NCBI RefSeq assembly: GCF_001194135.2 | Contig: NC_069004.1 | Span: 25,137,887 to 25,201,886, forward strand | Source: Octopus bimaculoides | Lineage: Eukaryota | Length of the DNA: 64,000 nucleotides | Direction of reading: 5' to 3' | In this document: in pieces, positions 50,787-62,766 of the stretch | Position numbering within the stretch: the stretch's first letter is position 1 | Layout of the letters: the number at the start of each line of letters is the position of its first letter | The notes under the pieces: generated by a model | Told to the model about the DNA's origin: nothing | What the model saw: the letters and a program-made list of their open reading frames with translations, nothing else | Databases searched by the model: none | Made by a program: the position numbers and the translations under genes

Positions 50787-51508
50787 TTAATATCAAAAGG
50801 GTAAAATTAATTAATTAAATTAATTAATCAATCAATTAATTAATGATTTTACCAAGTAGATCGGCACGTTAAAATAACCTTTATAGGTAAATTTATACAA
50901 ATATTCTATAATTATAAACATAATTATAATTAGGGAGCAGCTAATTGCTTCACCATATATTTGTATAATTTTACCTACAAAGGTTATTTTAACGCACCGA
51001 TTTACTTGGTAAAATTATTAATTAATTGATTGATTAATTAATTAATTTAATTAATTAATTTTACCCTTTTATTATTAATTTAAAATTATAATTTACTCCC
51101 TAATCGAATACTGCAGTTTTCTGCGGCACTGCACGTAATATGCACGTGGGTACAGGGGAAAAATATGTATTCACATTGGGCTGTGTAAATTTTGGAAGTG
51201 TTGGTTGGATACCTGTTGTACGTTGTCACTCGATCGTGTGCGTATTTAAACCCTAACACTTTCAAATTTTATAATGGAAATGCTACACTGATGACGGGAA
51301 GTAAGTAAATTAAATATTTTAATCTCGAAACGCGTCTGTGGCTAATCGAAGTCGTGTTGATTCATTATTTTTGTCTTTGCCTACATAAAAAAGGGCGTTA
51401 CTGTCTGGGAGATTCTTACGGTAGTAGAAAAGGAAACTCCTATTTCTAAATTCGGTTTGTGGTGAAGCAATTAGCTGACCCCTAATTATAATTATGTTTA
51501 TATAATAC

Positions 51509-51510
<2 letters not shown>
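50787..51510 (+). mobile_element. Non-coding HHR-bearing element with 5' inversion (Penelope-pLTR-like)
   Basis: Palindrome arms ~50787-50900 and ~50958-51072; 50900-50955 is the inverse of 51455-51505; HHR at 51282-51342. Confidence 0.65.
51282..51342 (+). ncRNA. Type-I hammerhead ribozyme (canonical core)
   Basis: GCTACA-CTGATGA-C-GGGA...TCTC-GAAA-CGCGTC-TGTGGC; helix I 6 bp (one G-U), G10.1-C11.1 intact, palindromic ACGCGT helix III, GUC triplet ending at 51336. Confidence 0.8.
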
Positions 51511-51543
<33 letters not shown>

Positions 51544-51793
51544 NNNNNNNNNNTTTATATATAGATATTTAAGAACATTTCTAAAAACATATACACACAT
51601 TCGTACATAACGTACATTCTTAATAGATTCATACATGTATATAGAATGAATACATACATTGATACATATATACATATGATACATTCATGTACATATATAT
51701 ATATACACGTCGCATATGCAAAAATATGTGTGTATGTGTGCGTGCGTGTGTATGTATGCCGAAGAACTAAAATAGATATACATATATGTATGT

Positions 51794-51850
<57 letters not shown>

Positions 51851-51905
51851 ATGTGTGTGTGTGTGTGCGTGTGCGTGTGTGTGTGTATACATGTACATGT
51901 ATATA

Positions 51906-51976
<71 letters not shown>

Positions 51977-52842
51977 GTTTGTATGTGTGTGCGTGCGTGT
52001 ATGAATTTACACATGTACAGATGTGCATCTGTATGTGCATCTATGTGCACGTATGTGTGTGCACTTGAGATAAACAAACATAACAAACCTTGAAAACAAG
52101 CTGACACATACAGGCGTCCATGACGCGTGTACAAGTGTATTTATAAATATATCCTCATTTTTCCATAGATACACACATATACACAAGCACACACATATAC
52201 ACAAGCACACACATATATATATATATACACACACACACATTGAACTCAGATAGTCATAAATCCCTTGAAGTGTCCTTTCTAAAAACGAGTCTTGTCACCA
52301 TAGTTGTTGATTAGCTTCGCTTTTGCCAACAACTGAATTCTTCAAGAACAGCATGAGTTTTCATCCTACGTAGATAAATATATAAAACATAGACACGTAG
52401 ATAAAAACATACGTACCTATGTATATATATATGTGTTTATACATATATCCTTACATGCGTACAGATATACATAACACACATGCATACATAAATAACTATG
52501 TACATATATAGATACACATACACACTCGCACACACACATATATAAGCTAGAATAAGTACCAACGTACAAGTATCGGGGCGGGATTCACTTTGTTGCTTCT
52601 GTAAAATATTTACAAAAATATACATACACTCATATTTTGATTTTGTTTTCATCCTGTTTGCCTCACCATCCATCCATCAATACATCCATCTATACATACA
52701 TACATACCAACACACATTTCTCTCTCTCTCTCTCTCTCTCTCNNNNNNNNNNNNNNNNNNNNNNNNNNNNNNNNNNNNNNNNNNNNNNNNNNNNNNNNNN
52801 NNNNNNNNNNNNNNNNNNNNNNNNNNNNNNNNNNNNNNNNNN

Positions 52843-53035
52843 TACCAGACTGTTATAAAATAAAATAAAAACGTACAAGGTTCGATTTTCTTCAATTAAA
52901 TCCTTTATAGCGGTGCCCCGGATCGATATAGTAAATACCAGACTGTTATAAAATAAAATAAAAATGTACGGGGTTTGATTTTCTTCAATTAGACCCTTCA
53001 TATCGGTGCCCCAGCGTGGCCACAATCCAATGACT
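52843..53035. repeat. ~93-bp tandem duplication of a SINE-tail-like unit
   Basis: taccagactgttataaaataaaataaaaa..gattttcttcaatta..cggtgcccc occurs twice. Confidence 0.8.
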
Positions 53036-53533
53036 GAACCAAATGAAAGATAACTGTATACATAAATATGTTCCTTGATGATTACGCTTGTACGTATACA
53101 TTAACGAATACACAATTCGTTATATTGTTTATACGTTGTACATTCTGATCACTGTCTTCCTTCTGAATTACATAAACAATGACAAAGAAGGAGGATAAAA
53201 GTAAACACAAATTAGTAATTACGCTGGAGTTAATTAATGTATTTGCATCTGTCAAGACGAAGGACAATATGTTGAAGTTTCAATTCAAGTGATATCTAAA
53301 ATGAGGTGAAACTGCCTTCGATGACGCCGGCGTTGCTTTGTGGTAAGAAGCTTGGTTTTCACTCACACGATTCTAGGTTCAGAACCATTGTGTGACACCT
53401 TGAATTACCTTCCATTTAGAATAACATCTTCCAGCGATCAGACATGAAGGAAGCAGTTTGTTGTTGCCATTGAAATACGTGTAGTGATGTGATGCATGTG
53501 TGCAGCCAATACTTTCCAGTATTATTTTTATAC

Positions 53534-53564
<31 letters not shown>

Positions 53565-55404
53565 TACATATACATATATATATATATATATATNNNNNNN
53601 NNNNNNNNNNNNNNNNNNNNNNNNNNNNNNNNNNNNNNNNNNNNNNNNNNNNNNNNNNNNNNNNNNNNNNNNNNNNNNNNNNNNNNNNNNNNNNNNNNNN
53701 NNNNNNNNNNNNNNNNNNNNNNNNNNNNNNNNNNNNNNNNNNNNNNNNNNNNNNNNNNNNNNNNNNNNNNNNNNNNNNNNNNNNNNNNNNNNNNNNNNNN
53801 NNNNNNNNNNNNNNNNNNNNNNNNNNNNNNNNNNNNNNNNNNNNNNNNNNNNNNNNNNNNNNNNNNNNNNNNNNNNNNNNNNNNNNNNNNNNNNNNNNNN
53901 NNNNNNNNNNNNNNNNNNNNNNNNNNNNNNNNNNNNNNNNNNNNNNNNNNNNNNNNNNNNNNNNNNNNNNNNNNNNNNNNNNNNNNNNNNNNNNNNNNNN
54001 NNNNNNNNNNNNNNNNNNNNNNNNNNNNNNNNNNNNNNNNNNNNNNNNNNNNNNNNNNNNNNNNNNNNNNNNNNNNNNNNNNNNNNNNNNNNNNNNNNNN
54101 NNNNNNNNNNNNNNNNNNNNNNNNNNNNNNNNNNNNNNNNNNNNNNNNNNNNNNNNNNNNNNNNNNNNNNNNNNNNNNNNNNNNNNNNNNNNNNNNNNNN
54201 NNNNNNNNNNNNNNNNNNNNNNNNNNNNNNNNNNNNNNNNNNNNNNNNNNNNNNNNNNNNNNNNNNNNNNNNNNNNNNNNNNNNAATCGACCCCAGGACT
54301 TATTCTTTAGAAGCCTAGTACTTATTCTATCGGTCTCTTTTGCCGAACCGCAAAGTTACGGGGACATAAACACACCAGCATCGGTTGTCAAGCGATGTTG
54401 GGGGGACAAACACAGACACACAAACACATACATACATACATATATATATATACATATACACGACGGGCTTCTCTCAGTTTCCGTCTACCAAATCCACTCA
54501 CAAGGCTTTGGTCGGCCCGAGGCTATAGTAGAAGACACTTGCCCAAGATGCCACGCAGTGGGACTGAACCCGGGACCATGTGGTTGGTAAGCAAGCTACT
54601 TACCACACAGCCACTCCTACGCTATATATTTATATATTTATTCTAAATAGTTTAGAATTAAGAACAAAATTAGGAGCCATAAGAATGTTATGAAAATAAT
54701 ATTTTCACTCTTTTATCGTTTCTATTTCGCACTCACATCCTACTCCTGTATCTCTCTCTCTCCCCCCTCTCTCTCTCTCTTTCTCCCCTCTGTCTCTTCC
54801 TCTTCCCATCTCTCTCCCGTATTTTCTTTCACTTATTTATATGTTATGTCGGTTAACGTGAGCCTGTCTACTAGTGTTCGGTGCAAATCAATCATTACAG
54901 TCAGATATTCTCCATTGAACGATTCGGCTGGTAGAAAAATCTGCTAGTCTTAATGGTGCTCTTCCTGTTCGTCTATTGGGTAATTCTGATGTCAGTGACG
55001 CGAAAAATTCAATATCAGAGCGAAATTGGTGCGGTTTATAAATGAATATACATTCGTACTTGCATATTTAAACACACACATATACACACACATACACAAA
55101 CAAACAAATAGACGTAAGACATATATGCGCACAAATTGATATATCTAGATGCGTATACATACACGTATATGTATGTGTACCTATAGGGCGTATGGTGATT
55201 TTACACTGGTATGAATAGCAAATAATCGAAGAACCGAAACGCTTAATAATGTTAGGTGGAGAGGAATAGCGTTATTTAATGAAATCCAACTCTCTGCTAC
55301 TTGCGATTCCGAGTTTTCCGATGCCTATTATAAGTTGCCTATAGATTTGGAACGTAAACCAAATATAAAACCGAGGGAGATACCGAGACAGACAAGTAGA
55401 TAGA

Positions 55405-55485
<81 letters not shown>

Positions 55486-56276
55486 NNNNNNNNNNNNNNN
55501 NNNNNNNNNNNNNNNNNNNNNNNNNNNNNNNNNNNNNNNNNNNNNNNNNNNNNNNNNNNNNNNNNNNNNNNNNNNNNNNNNNNNNNNNNNNNNNNNNNNN
55601 NNNNNNNNNNNNNNNNNNNNNNNNNNNNNNNNNNNNNNNNNNNNNNNNNNNNNNNNNNNNNNNNNNNNNNNNNNNNNNNNNNNNNNNNNNNNNNNNNNNN
55701 NNNNNNNNNNNNNNNNNNNNNNNNNNNNNNNNNNNNNNNNNNNNNNNNNNNNNNNNNNNNNNNNNNNNNNNNNNNNNNNNNNNNNNNNNNNNNNNNNNNN
55801 NNNNNNNNNNNNNNNNNNNNNNNNNNNNNNNNNNNNNNNNNNNNNNNNNNNNNNNNNNNNNNNNNNNNNNNNNNNNNNNNNNNNNNNNNNNNNNNNNNNN
55901 NNNNNNNNNNNNNNNNNNNNNNNNNNNNNNNNNNNNNNNNNNNNNNNNNNNNNNNNNNNNNNNNNNNNNNNNNNNNNNNNNNNNNNNNNNNNNNNNNNNN
56001 NNNNNTATATACTTTTTCTAGTGACGAAAAGTCAGTGATCTTGAAAAGGTGGAAACAAGCAATAATAAATCTCCGAGCGAGATATAAACAATAGCCACAC
56101 GACATCGTGAAGTATATTTGCCACCTAAGTGTGGCTAACCCCTAAGGGTCGATGCTACTGTAGCTTGTAGCCCCAGGAAGACATCTCCTCCAGCTGGGTA
56201 TTGACACACTATCTGTGCCCTATCAATAATATTTGCAAAGGGAAATCATCGTTCCCATCTCCAGCCTGACGTGATA

Positions 56277-56321
56277 CACACGGACCCGAGTTTCTGGGTA
56301 TTGACCCGTCATCAGCGTGTG
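56277..56321 (-). ncRNA. Type-I hammerhead ribozyme, tandem unit 1
   Basis: Minus strand: CACACG-CTGATGA-C-GGGT caat ACCC-A-GAAA-CTCGG-GTC-CGTGTG; helix I 6 bp, helix II 4 bp, near-palindromic helix III ACTCGGGT, GUC site. Confidence 0.8.
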
Positions 56322-56650
56322 ACAACCAGCAGTTGACGATGGGAAATAATTCTCAATGCAAATGTATATATATATATATATATATATACTTTTTCTAGTG
56401 ACGAAAACTCAGTGATCTTGAAAAGGTGGAAACAAGCGATAATAAATCTCTGAGCGAGATATAAACAGTAACGGCACGACATCGTGAAGTATATTTGCCA
56501 CCTAAATGTGGCTAACCCTTAAGGGTCGATGCTATTGTAGCTTGTAACCCCAGGAAGACATCTCCTTCAGCTGCCTATTGACACACTATCTGTGCTCTAC
56601 CAGTATTTGCAAAGGGAAGTCATTCTTCCCATCTCCAACCTGACGTGATA

Positions 56651-56695
56651 CACACGGACCCGAGTTTCTGGGTATTGACCCGTCATCAGCGTGTG
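56651..56695 (-). ncRNA. Type-I hammerhead ribozyme, tandem unit 2
   Basis: Identical 45-nt motif 374 bp from the unit 1 copy. Confidence 0.8.
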
Positions 56696-56735
56696 ACAAT
56701 CACCGGTTGGCTATGGGAAATGGTTCTCAATGCAA

Positions 56736-56768
<33 letters not shown>

Positions 56769-56769
56769 G

Positions 56770-58032
56770 ATATATACATACGTCAGATGTAAAATAATAT
56801 GGTAAAAAGAAATGAAATGAGTATTAATTGTTTATTGTTATTGAACAAATGAAACATTAAATGTCCATTCTTATTGAACTAGTATACTTTCTTGCATTTA
56901 TGCAATCTTCAGGTTCATCTGGTGGTGGTGATAGTTGTGTTCATTGGCTTCAACTAGGGCTGACTCGTTAAATTTTGTCCTTTATATACATTCCTGTAGT
57001 TAGAAGTAGTAGTTCCTTGGCTATTTTTAGAAATGATGCCATACCATTTTTCAGTGTTTATTTTTAGAAATGATGACAGCAGATATTAATAAATTATTTA
57101 ATATTAGAAGAATTTGGTTAACAATATTCAACAATTAGACACCAGTAAATGTAAATAGAATACAGATCATACGAAAATCTTCTTGCATGACAGGTAAATC
57201 CAAATATAATTTGGCAGAATTTCGAGAAATTCAGAGTATTTGACAATACCCGTCACTACTTATAGTAAATTGTGTTCAGCGGGCTATGAAAATACCCACA
57301 CAACAACCGAAGACAATACAAAGAAGAGAAAAACAAGAACAAATCATACCATTTATAGTGACGCACAATTCATGCCACCATATCATTTTCAAAATCGCTA
57401 AAGCAAACCTACCATTCATTGCTCAAAGTAAGGAATTATGAGACATCATTACAGACCAAACAATTACTCTCAGTAAAAGGCAGCCTAAAAGCATGAAAAA
57501 GTTATTATCAAAGGCAAGGTTTGACCTTAGCAACAAAGACCAACAATTCACTGTGTCTAAATGCAATGATAGCCAATGCGGTACATGCCAATTAATTCAT
57601 ACCGGCCCATATATGAACACAAAAAACGGGGAAAATATTCACAAACGCAAATATGAACTGCAAAAGCAGAAATTTAATCTACTGCATCAAATGCCCGAAT
57701 TGTGAAGAACTGTATGCTGGCCAGACAGGCAATGCACTATCAGAACGCTCACATGTGCACCAACAGCAAATTAAAAATCCAGAAGTACACCAAATACCGC
57801 TGAGTAAAATGTGGCCGGAAAATATTTATAATATTTCCATTTCATAAACTATACAATCCGAATGTAATCAAGAGAAAACTGAGAGAAAAGGACTTTATTA
57901 ATAAAATCAAAGCCAAGCTTAATAAACAATGATAAAAACTAATCTTATTTAAGGTTTAAAAGTCTTATCCCCATATCTAAAAATAAAAATCTCTAAAAAG
58001 TACTGTTGTTATCATTTCTAAAAATAAACACT
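56770..58032 (+). mobile_element. Penelope-like element remnant (RT C-terminus and GIY-YIG) with inverted 5' pLTR
   Basis: IPFIVTHN, KCNDSQCGTCQLI and NCKSRNLIYCIKCPNCEELYAGQTG (57350-57800). 57053-57081 is the reverse complement of the 3' tail at ~58003-58032, and the inverted segment continues into an HHR. Confidence 0.85.
56875..56917 (-). ncRNA. Type-I hammerhead ribozyme in the inverted pLTR of a Penelope-like element
   Basis: Minus strand: TGAAC-CTGAAGA-TTGCA taaa TGCAA-GAAA-GTATAC-TA-GTTCA; perfect palindromic helix III AGTATACT, CUA site, helix I 5 bp. Confidence 0.75.
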
Positions 58033-58842
58033 TTCGGGTTCAGTCCCAATGACAGGTACCTTGGCAAAGTGTCTTCTGCTGTAGTTTCGGCCCGACCAAA
58101 GCCTTGTGAGTGGACGAGGTAGACGGAAACTGAAAGAAGCNNNNNNNNNNNNNNNNNNNNNNNNNNNNNNNNNNNNNNNNNNNNNNNNNNNNNNNNNNNN
58201 NNNNNNNNNNNNNNNNNNNNNNNNNNNNNNNNNNNNNNNNNNNNNNNNNNNNNNNNNNNNNNNNNNNNNNNNNNNNNNNNNNNNNNNNNNNNNNNNNNNN
58301 NNNNNNNNNNNNNNNNNNNNNNNNNNNNNNNNNNNNNNNNNNNNNNNNNNNNNNNNNNNNNNNNNNNNNNNNNNNNNNNNNNNNNNNNNNNNNNNNNNNN
58401 NNNNNNNNNNNNNNNNNNNNNNNNNNNNNNNNNNNNNNNNNNNNNNNNNNNNNNNNNNNNNNNNNNNNNNNNNNNNNNNNNNNNNNNNNNNNNNNNNNNN
58501 NNNNNNNNNNNNNNNNNNNNNNNNNNNNNNNNNNNNNNNNNNNNNNTATATGCAGTAATGATGCGATAAAGTAGTTGTATGCTGTCAACTTAATGTGACA
58601 GTCCCATGAAGGGAATAATGCTACTGCTATCTAGCCCTGAGAAGCAGCACCGCTAAACCTGTATCCAGAGACTAGTTTCTGAGTCATTCCTCGGCACACA
58701 CACACGCACACACTCGCGCAGACAAACAGACAGCCAGAGATAGAGGGAGAGAAGGAAAGAGAGAGAGGAGGAAAGATACATACATACATACATACATACA
58801 TACATACATACATACATACATACATACATACGCGCATACAGA

Positions 58843-58904
<62 letters not shown>

Positions 58905-59742
58905 CTCTCTTCCATCTTGTTTAACGTTTCAATTCTGAACATAAAATTGTTGCAACACAGCAAAAATTTCAGCAGCAACTTAACAGCTTAGAATCATGAA
59001 AATGAATCCATTGTCTTTGATTAGCCGCGCACCGGAATTTCTCGCTTAAATTTGAACATCGTTTTAAGGAACCAAGTCGCTGCTTTATTTAGCGACCGCA
59101 AGAAGAAAAAAAGTATAGAAAAAAGTAAAGAAAGAAAATAAGGAAGCAATCAGTGAGAATCGGTTTGTTGTGGAGTTCTGAAGTGTTTGTTCGTTCTAAC
59201 TATATCTTCCTACTTGAGAAACAATTTCATAATTTCTTAAAGTACAGCCACTTTAAAAAAGAATTATTTATCCAGTAGTCCCCCCTTATCCGATTACGTC
59301 ATACAAACTAAAAATAATGTCATCAGATGCTAAAGTAATGATTGAAAACAAAAAATAAGGAAACTGTAGGAAGAGGAAAGAGAAATATCGTCGTGATCTA
59401 CGTCGTCAATTTAGAAATATCAGGCATGGCTGTGTGACTAAGAAGCTTGCTTTGCTATCACGTGGTTTTGGGATCGGTCACACTCCGCGGCATCTTGGGC
59501 AAGTGTTTCTACTATTATTAGTAACTACTGTCCGAGGTCGACTTTGCCTTTCATCATTTCAGGATCGATAAATTAAATACCAACTGAGCACTGGGATCGA
59601 TGTAATCGACTAGTTCCCTACCCTTAAATTACAATGCCTTGCGCCTATAGCAGAAGGGATCATTAGTAACTACTGTTCGTATCTGACCAATGGTTTGCAA
59701 AAACACCATGAGTGAATTTGATTGACGGAGGAAGTGTGGAAG

Positions 59743-59789
<47 letters not shown>

Positions 59790-59794
<5 letters not shown>

Positions 59795-60790
59795 CATTAG
59801 TTTCCTCTCACTTCTGTACTGAGACTGCATGTTACGTGCTGCAGCATGACTTTGGTGATGTTGAGAAAATCTCATCTCACTTATCTTGAAACTCCATTTG
59901 ATGTACTGCAGCATATCTTTGCTGATCTTGGGAAAATTTCATCTCCCTTCACTTTTGAGACTCCATTTAATGTGCTGCAGCACCTGTTTGTTGATCTTGG
60001 GAAAGTTTCATCTCACTTCTGGATTGAGATACTATCTGAGATGCTGTAGCATACCTTTGCTGATCTTGAGAAAGTCTCATCTCACTTCTGTCTTGAGACT
60101 CCATTTGACGTTCTACAGCAATCGTTTACTGATGTTGGGAAAGTCTAATCTTTCCTCTCTCTTGAGACTCCATTTCATGTGCTGCAGCATGTGTTTCGTG
60201 ATCTTGAGAAAGTCCCATCGCCCTTCTCGCTTGAGACCCTCACGTTCGGTTTTCTACAATCCTCCTTCCTTTATACTTGTTTCTGGAGGGATTACGTCTT
60301 TCCTTTAGTGGCATATTTTTTCCAATATTGTAAGCAAAATATTATGAGCATAGAAAAAATTATACATTAATCTCTATTTTTGTAAACAGTTGCATGTATG
60401 TAGTATGTCTGTATTTTTGTATGCAATATAAATTAACCAAATGTAAGCAAATTAACCAAATAGAATCAAATATATGAAATGCTAATCTTCTTTCGAAATA
60501 ATATGATCTTAGTGTTATCACGTTAGAATTAAAAATGAAAGAATAAAATTTACACAGTATTATATCACATTACAATATAGATCTCCTTCTTTCCTTTTCG
60601 ACACGTAATACCGAATCAGTGCCAATGTTATATTGTTTTAATCCAAATGAAGTAAAAAAAAATCATGTTGCAACTCACAGGGTCTGATGCTATTATCATG
60701 TAAAAATTTGATTTGATTTGGTCGAGCCATTTGAGAATGCACAGTGAACAGACAGACAGAGAAAGAATTATATATATATATATATATACA
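59790..60790 (-). mobile_element. Helitron 5' remnant with 69-bp (23-aa) STPR-like repeats
   Basis: ATG at 60314 (MPLKERRNPSRNKYKGRR...) followed by ~7 units like ESQDRSEMRLSQDQQRYAAAHQM with stops and one frameshift; Helitron-type subterminal tract (...acagacagacaga...tatata on the + strand) at 60700-60790. Confidence 0.6.
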
Positions 60791-60797
60791 TATATAA

Positions 60798-60843
<46 letters not shown>

Positions 60844-61060
60844 NNNNNNNNNNNNNNNNNNNNNNNNNNNNNNNNNNNNNNNNNNNNNNNNNNNNNNNNN
60901 NNNNNNNNNNNNNNNNNNNNNNNNNNNNNNNNNNNNNNNNNNNNNNNNNNNNNNNNNNNNNNNNNNNNNNNNNNNNNNNNNNNNNNNNNNNNNNNNNNNN
61001 NNNNNNNNNNNNNNNNNNNNNNNNNNNNNNNNNNNNNNNNNNNNNNNNNNNNNNNNNNNN

Positions 61061-61094
<34 letters not shown>

Positions 61095-61106
61095 TTGTGT
61101 GTGTGT

Positions 61107-61147
<41 letters not shown>

Positions 61148-62360
61148 TGCGTGTGTGTTTGTGTGTAAGGTTATCTTTTTATATGTGTTTGTTGCCACAT
61201 CACTTGACAACCATGATGGTTTGTTTACGACCCTGTAACTTAGTGGTTTGTGAAGGCAGACCGATAGAATAAGTACCAGACTTAAATTGGAAAATAGGTA
61301 CTAGGGTCGTTTATTCGACTGAAACCTTTCGAGGCTGTGCCCAACATGGCCGCTGTTTAATTACAGAAGCAACGAAAGGAGATAAGATAATCTACCAACC
61401 TGACCTAATAAATCTTCCATGCAAAAATCGCTTGAACATAACGCTTCTAAACTAACAAGTAGACGGAGTAAAATCATGGTAAATTGAGAATAACAATTTC
61501 GAACGGAAGGCACTTCTGCTTTTACGTATCGTTCCTAGTTATCCTTCAAATCTTGATTCCTTCCTACGTACGTAACTCTCTTAAGTTATTTTTATTCCAA
61601 TTTCAATTATACTAAGCTTATGGATTAGAGATTCATTTCCATTTATCTTCGAACAACTATTTGTCAGTTGATTACATATGTTTTCGATAAATAATAAATG
61701 ATAGTCAAAAATTACCGAAAAAAATACTTTGTATGCAATAAAAATATACTAAAAATCTTTGGGAGAATGTTAATGCAAATGCCTCAATGCGGTTTGAGAG
61801 AACACCATGTTCCAATATATTTAAGAAAGACCTTAAGGTAGAAGACGGAACAGCCTCACTCAGAAATAGCTTTTTACAAATGATTGCCCAACTATCCATG
61901 CAGCTGATATCAGGTTTTATTGCATTCTGATAACCAGACACTAAATTGGGAAGAACTTAACTGTAACTAAATAAAGAATCGGGTTACCAAATGTAATGTA
62001 GAAAAGAATGCTGTATATGTGGTCGTTGTTGAAGAATCAAATAAACTAGCACTCAGCTCGTTACGACGGCGAGGGCTTCGGTTGAATCGACCAACGGAAC
62101 AGCCTGCTCGTGAAATTAACGTGCTGTATCCTTCGTGTAGTTGTCAGCGAGATGCACCGTGACACAGAATGGGACAAGGCTGGCCCTTTCAAATACAGGT
62201 ACAACTTATTTTTACCAGCTGAGTGGACAGGAGCAACGTGAAATACAATGTCTTGCTCAACGAACACAACTCGCTGCCGGGAATCAAACTCATGACCATG
62301 CGATCATGAACCGAATACTCTAACCACTAAGCCACGCGCTTACACTGAAGGATGAAATAT

Positions 62361-62766
62361 TATGATGACTAAAATGGTATGATGACTAAAATGCTATGAT
62401 GACTAAAATGCTATGATGACTAAAATGGTATGACGACTAAAATGCTAAGATGACTAAAATGGTATGACGACTAAAATGCTATGATGACTAAAATGCTATG
62501 ATGACTAAAATGCTATGATGACTAAAATGCTATGATGACTAATGCTAAGATGACTAAAATGGTATGATGACTAAAATGGTATTATGACTAAAATGCTATG
62601 ATGACTAAAATGGTATGATGACTAAAATGGCATGATGGCTAAAATGCTATGATGATTAAATGCTATGATGACTAAAATACTATGATGACTAAAATGCTAT
62701 GATGACTAAAATGCTATGATGACTAAAATGCTATGATGATTAAATGCTATAATGACTAAAATGGTA
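62361..62766. repeat. 17-bp minisatellite (TATGATGACTAAAATGC)n
   Basis: About 24 near-identical tandem units with G/C variation at the last base. Confidence 0.95.

Larger units (their letters stand above)
56011..56737 (-). repeat. Tandem dimer of a ~355-bp HHR-bearing unit (retrozyme-like)
   Basis: Two highly similar units (56011-56363 and 56388-56737) separated by (TA)n, with no long ORF; an N gap lies immediately to the left. Confidence 0.85.

Noticed and set aside
59886-60308. 140-aa open + strand ORF with LxxLxxLxL pattern as an LRR gene
   Set aside because: No Asn ladder and no splice or promoter context; better explained as the antisense of the STPR-like Helitron repeat.
224-61272. 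Dozens of ORFs rich in HT/YI/CV/RE/FLSF dipeptides or X
   Set aside because: They are translations of (CA)n, (TA)n, (GA)n, (GAAA)n microsatellites and N gaps, not genes.
62361-62766. CRISPR-like array
   Set aside because: Contiguous 17-bp units with no unique spacers, in a eukaryotic context.
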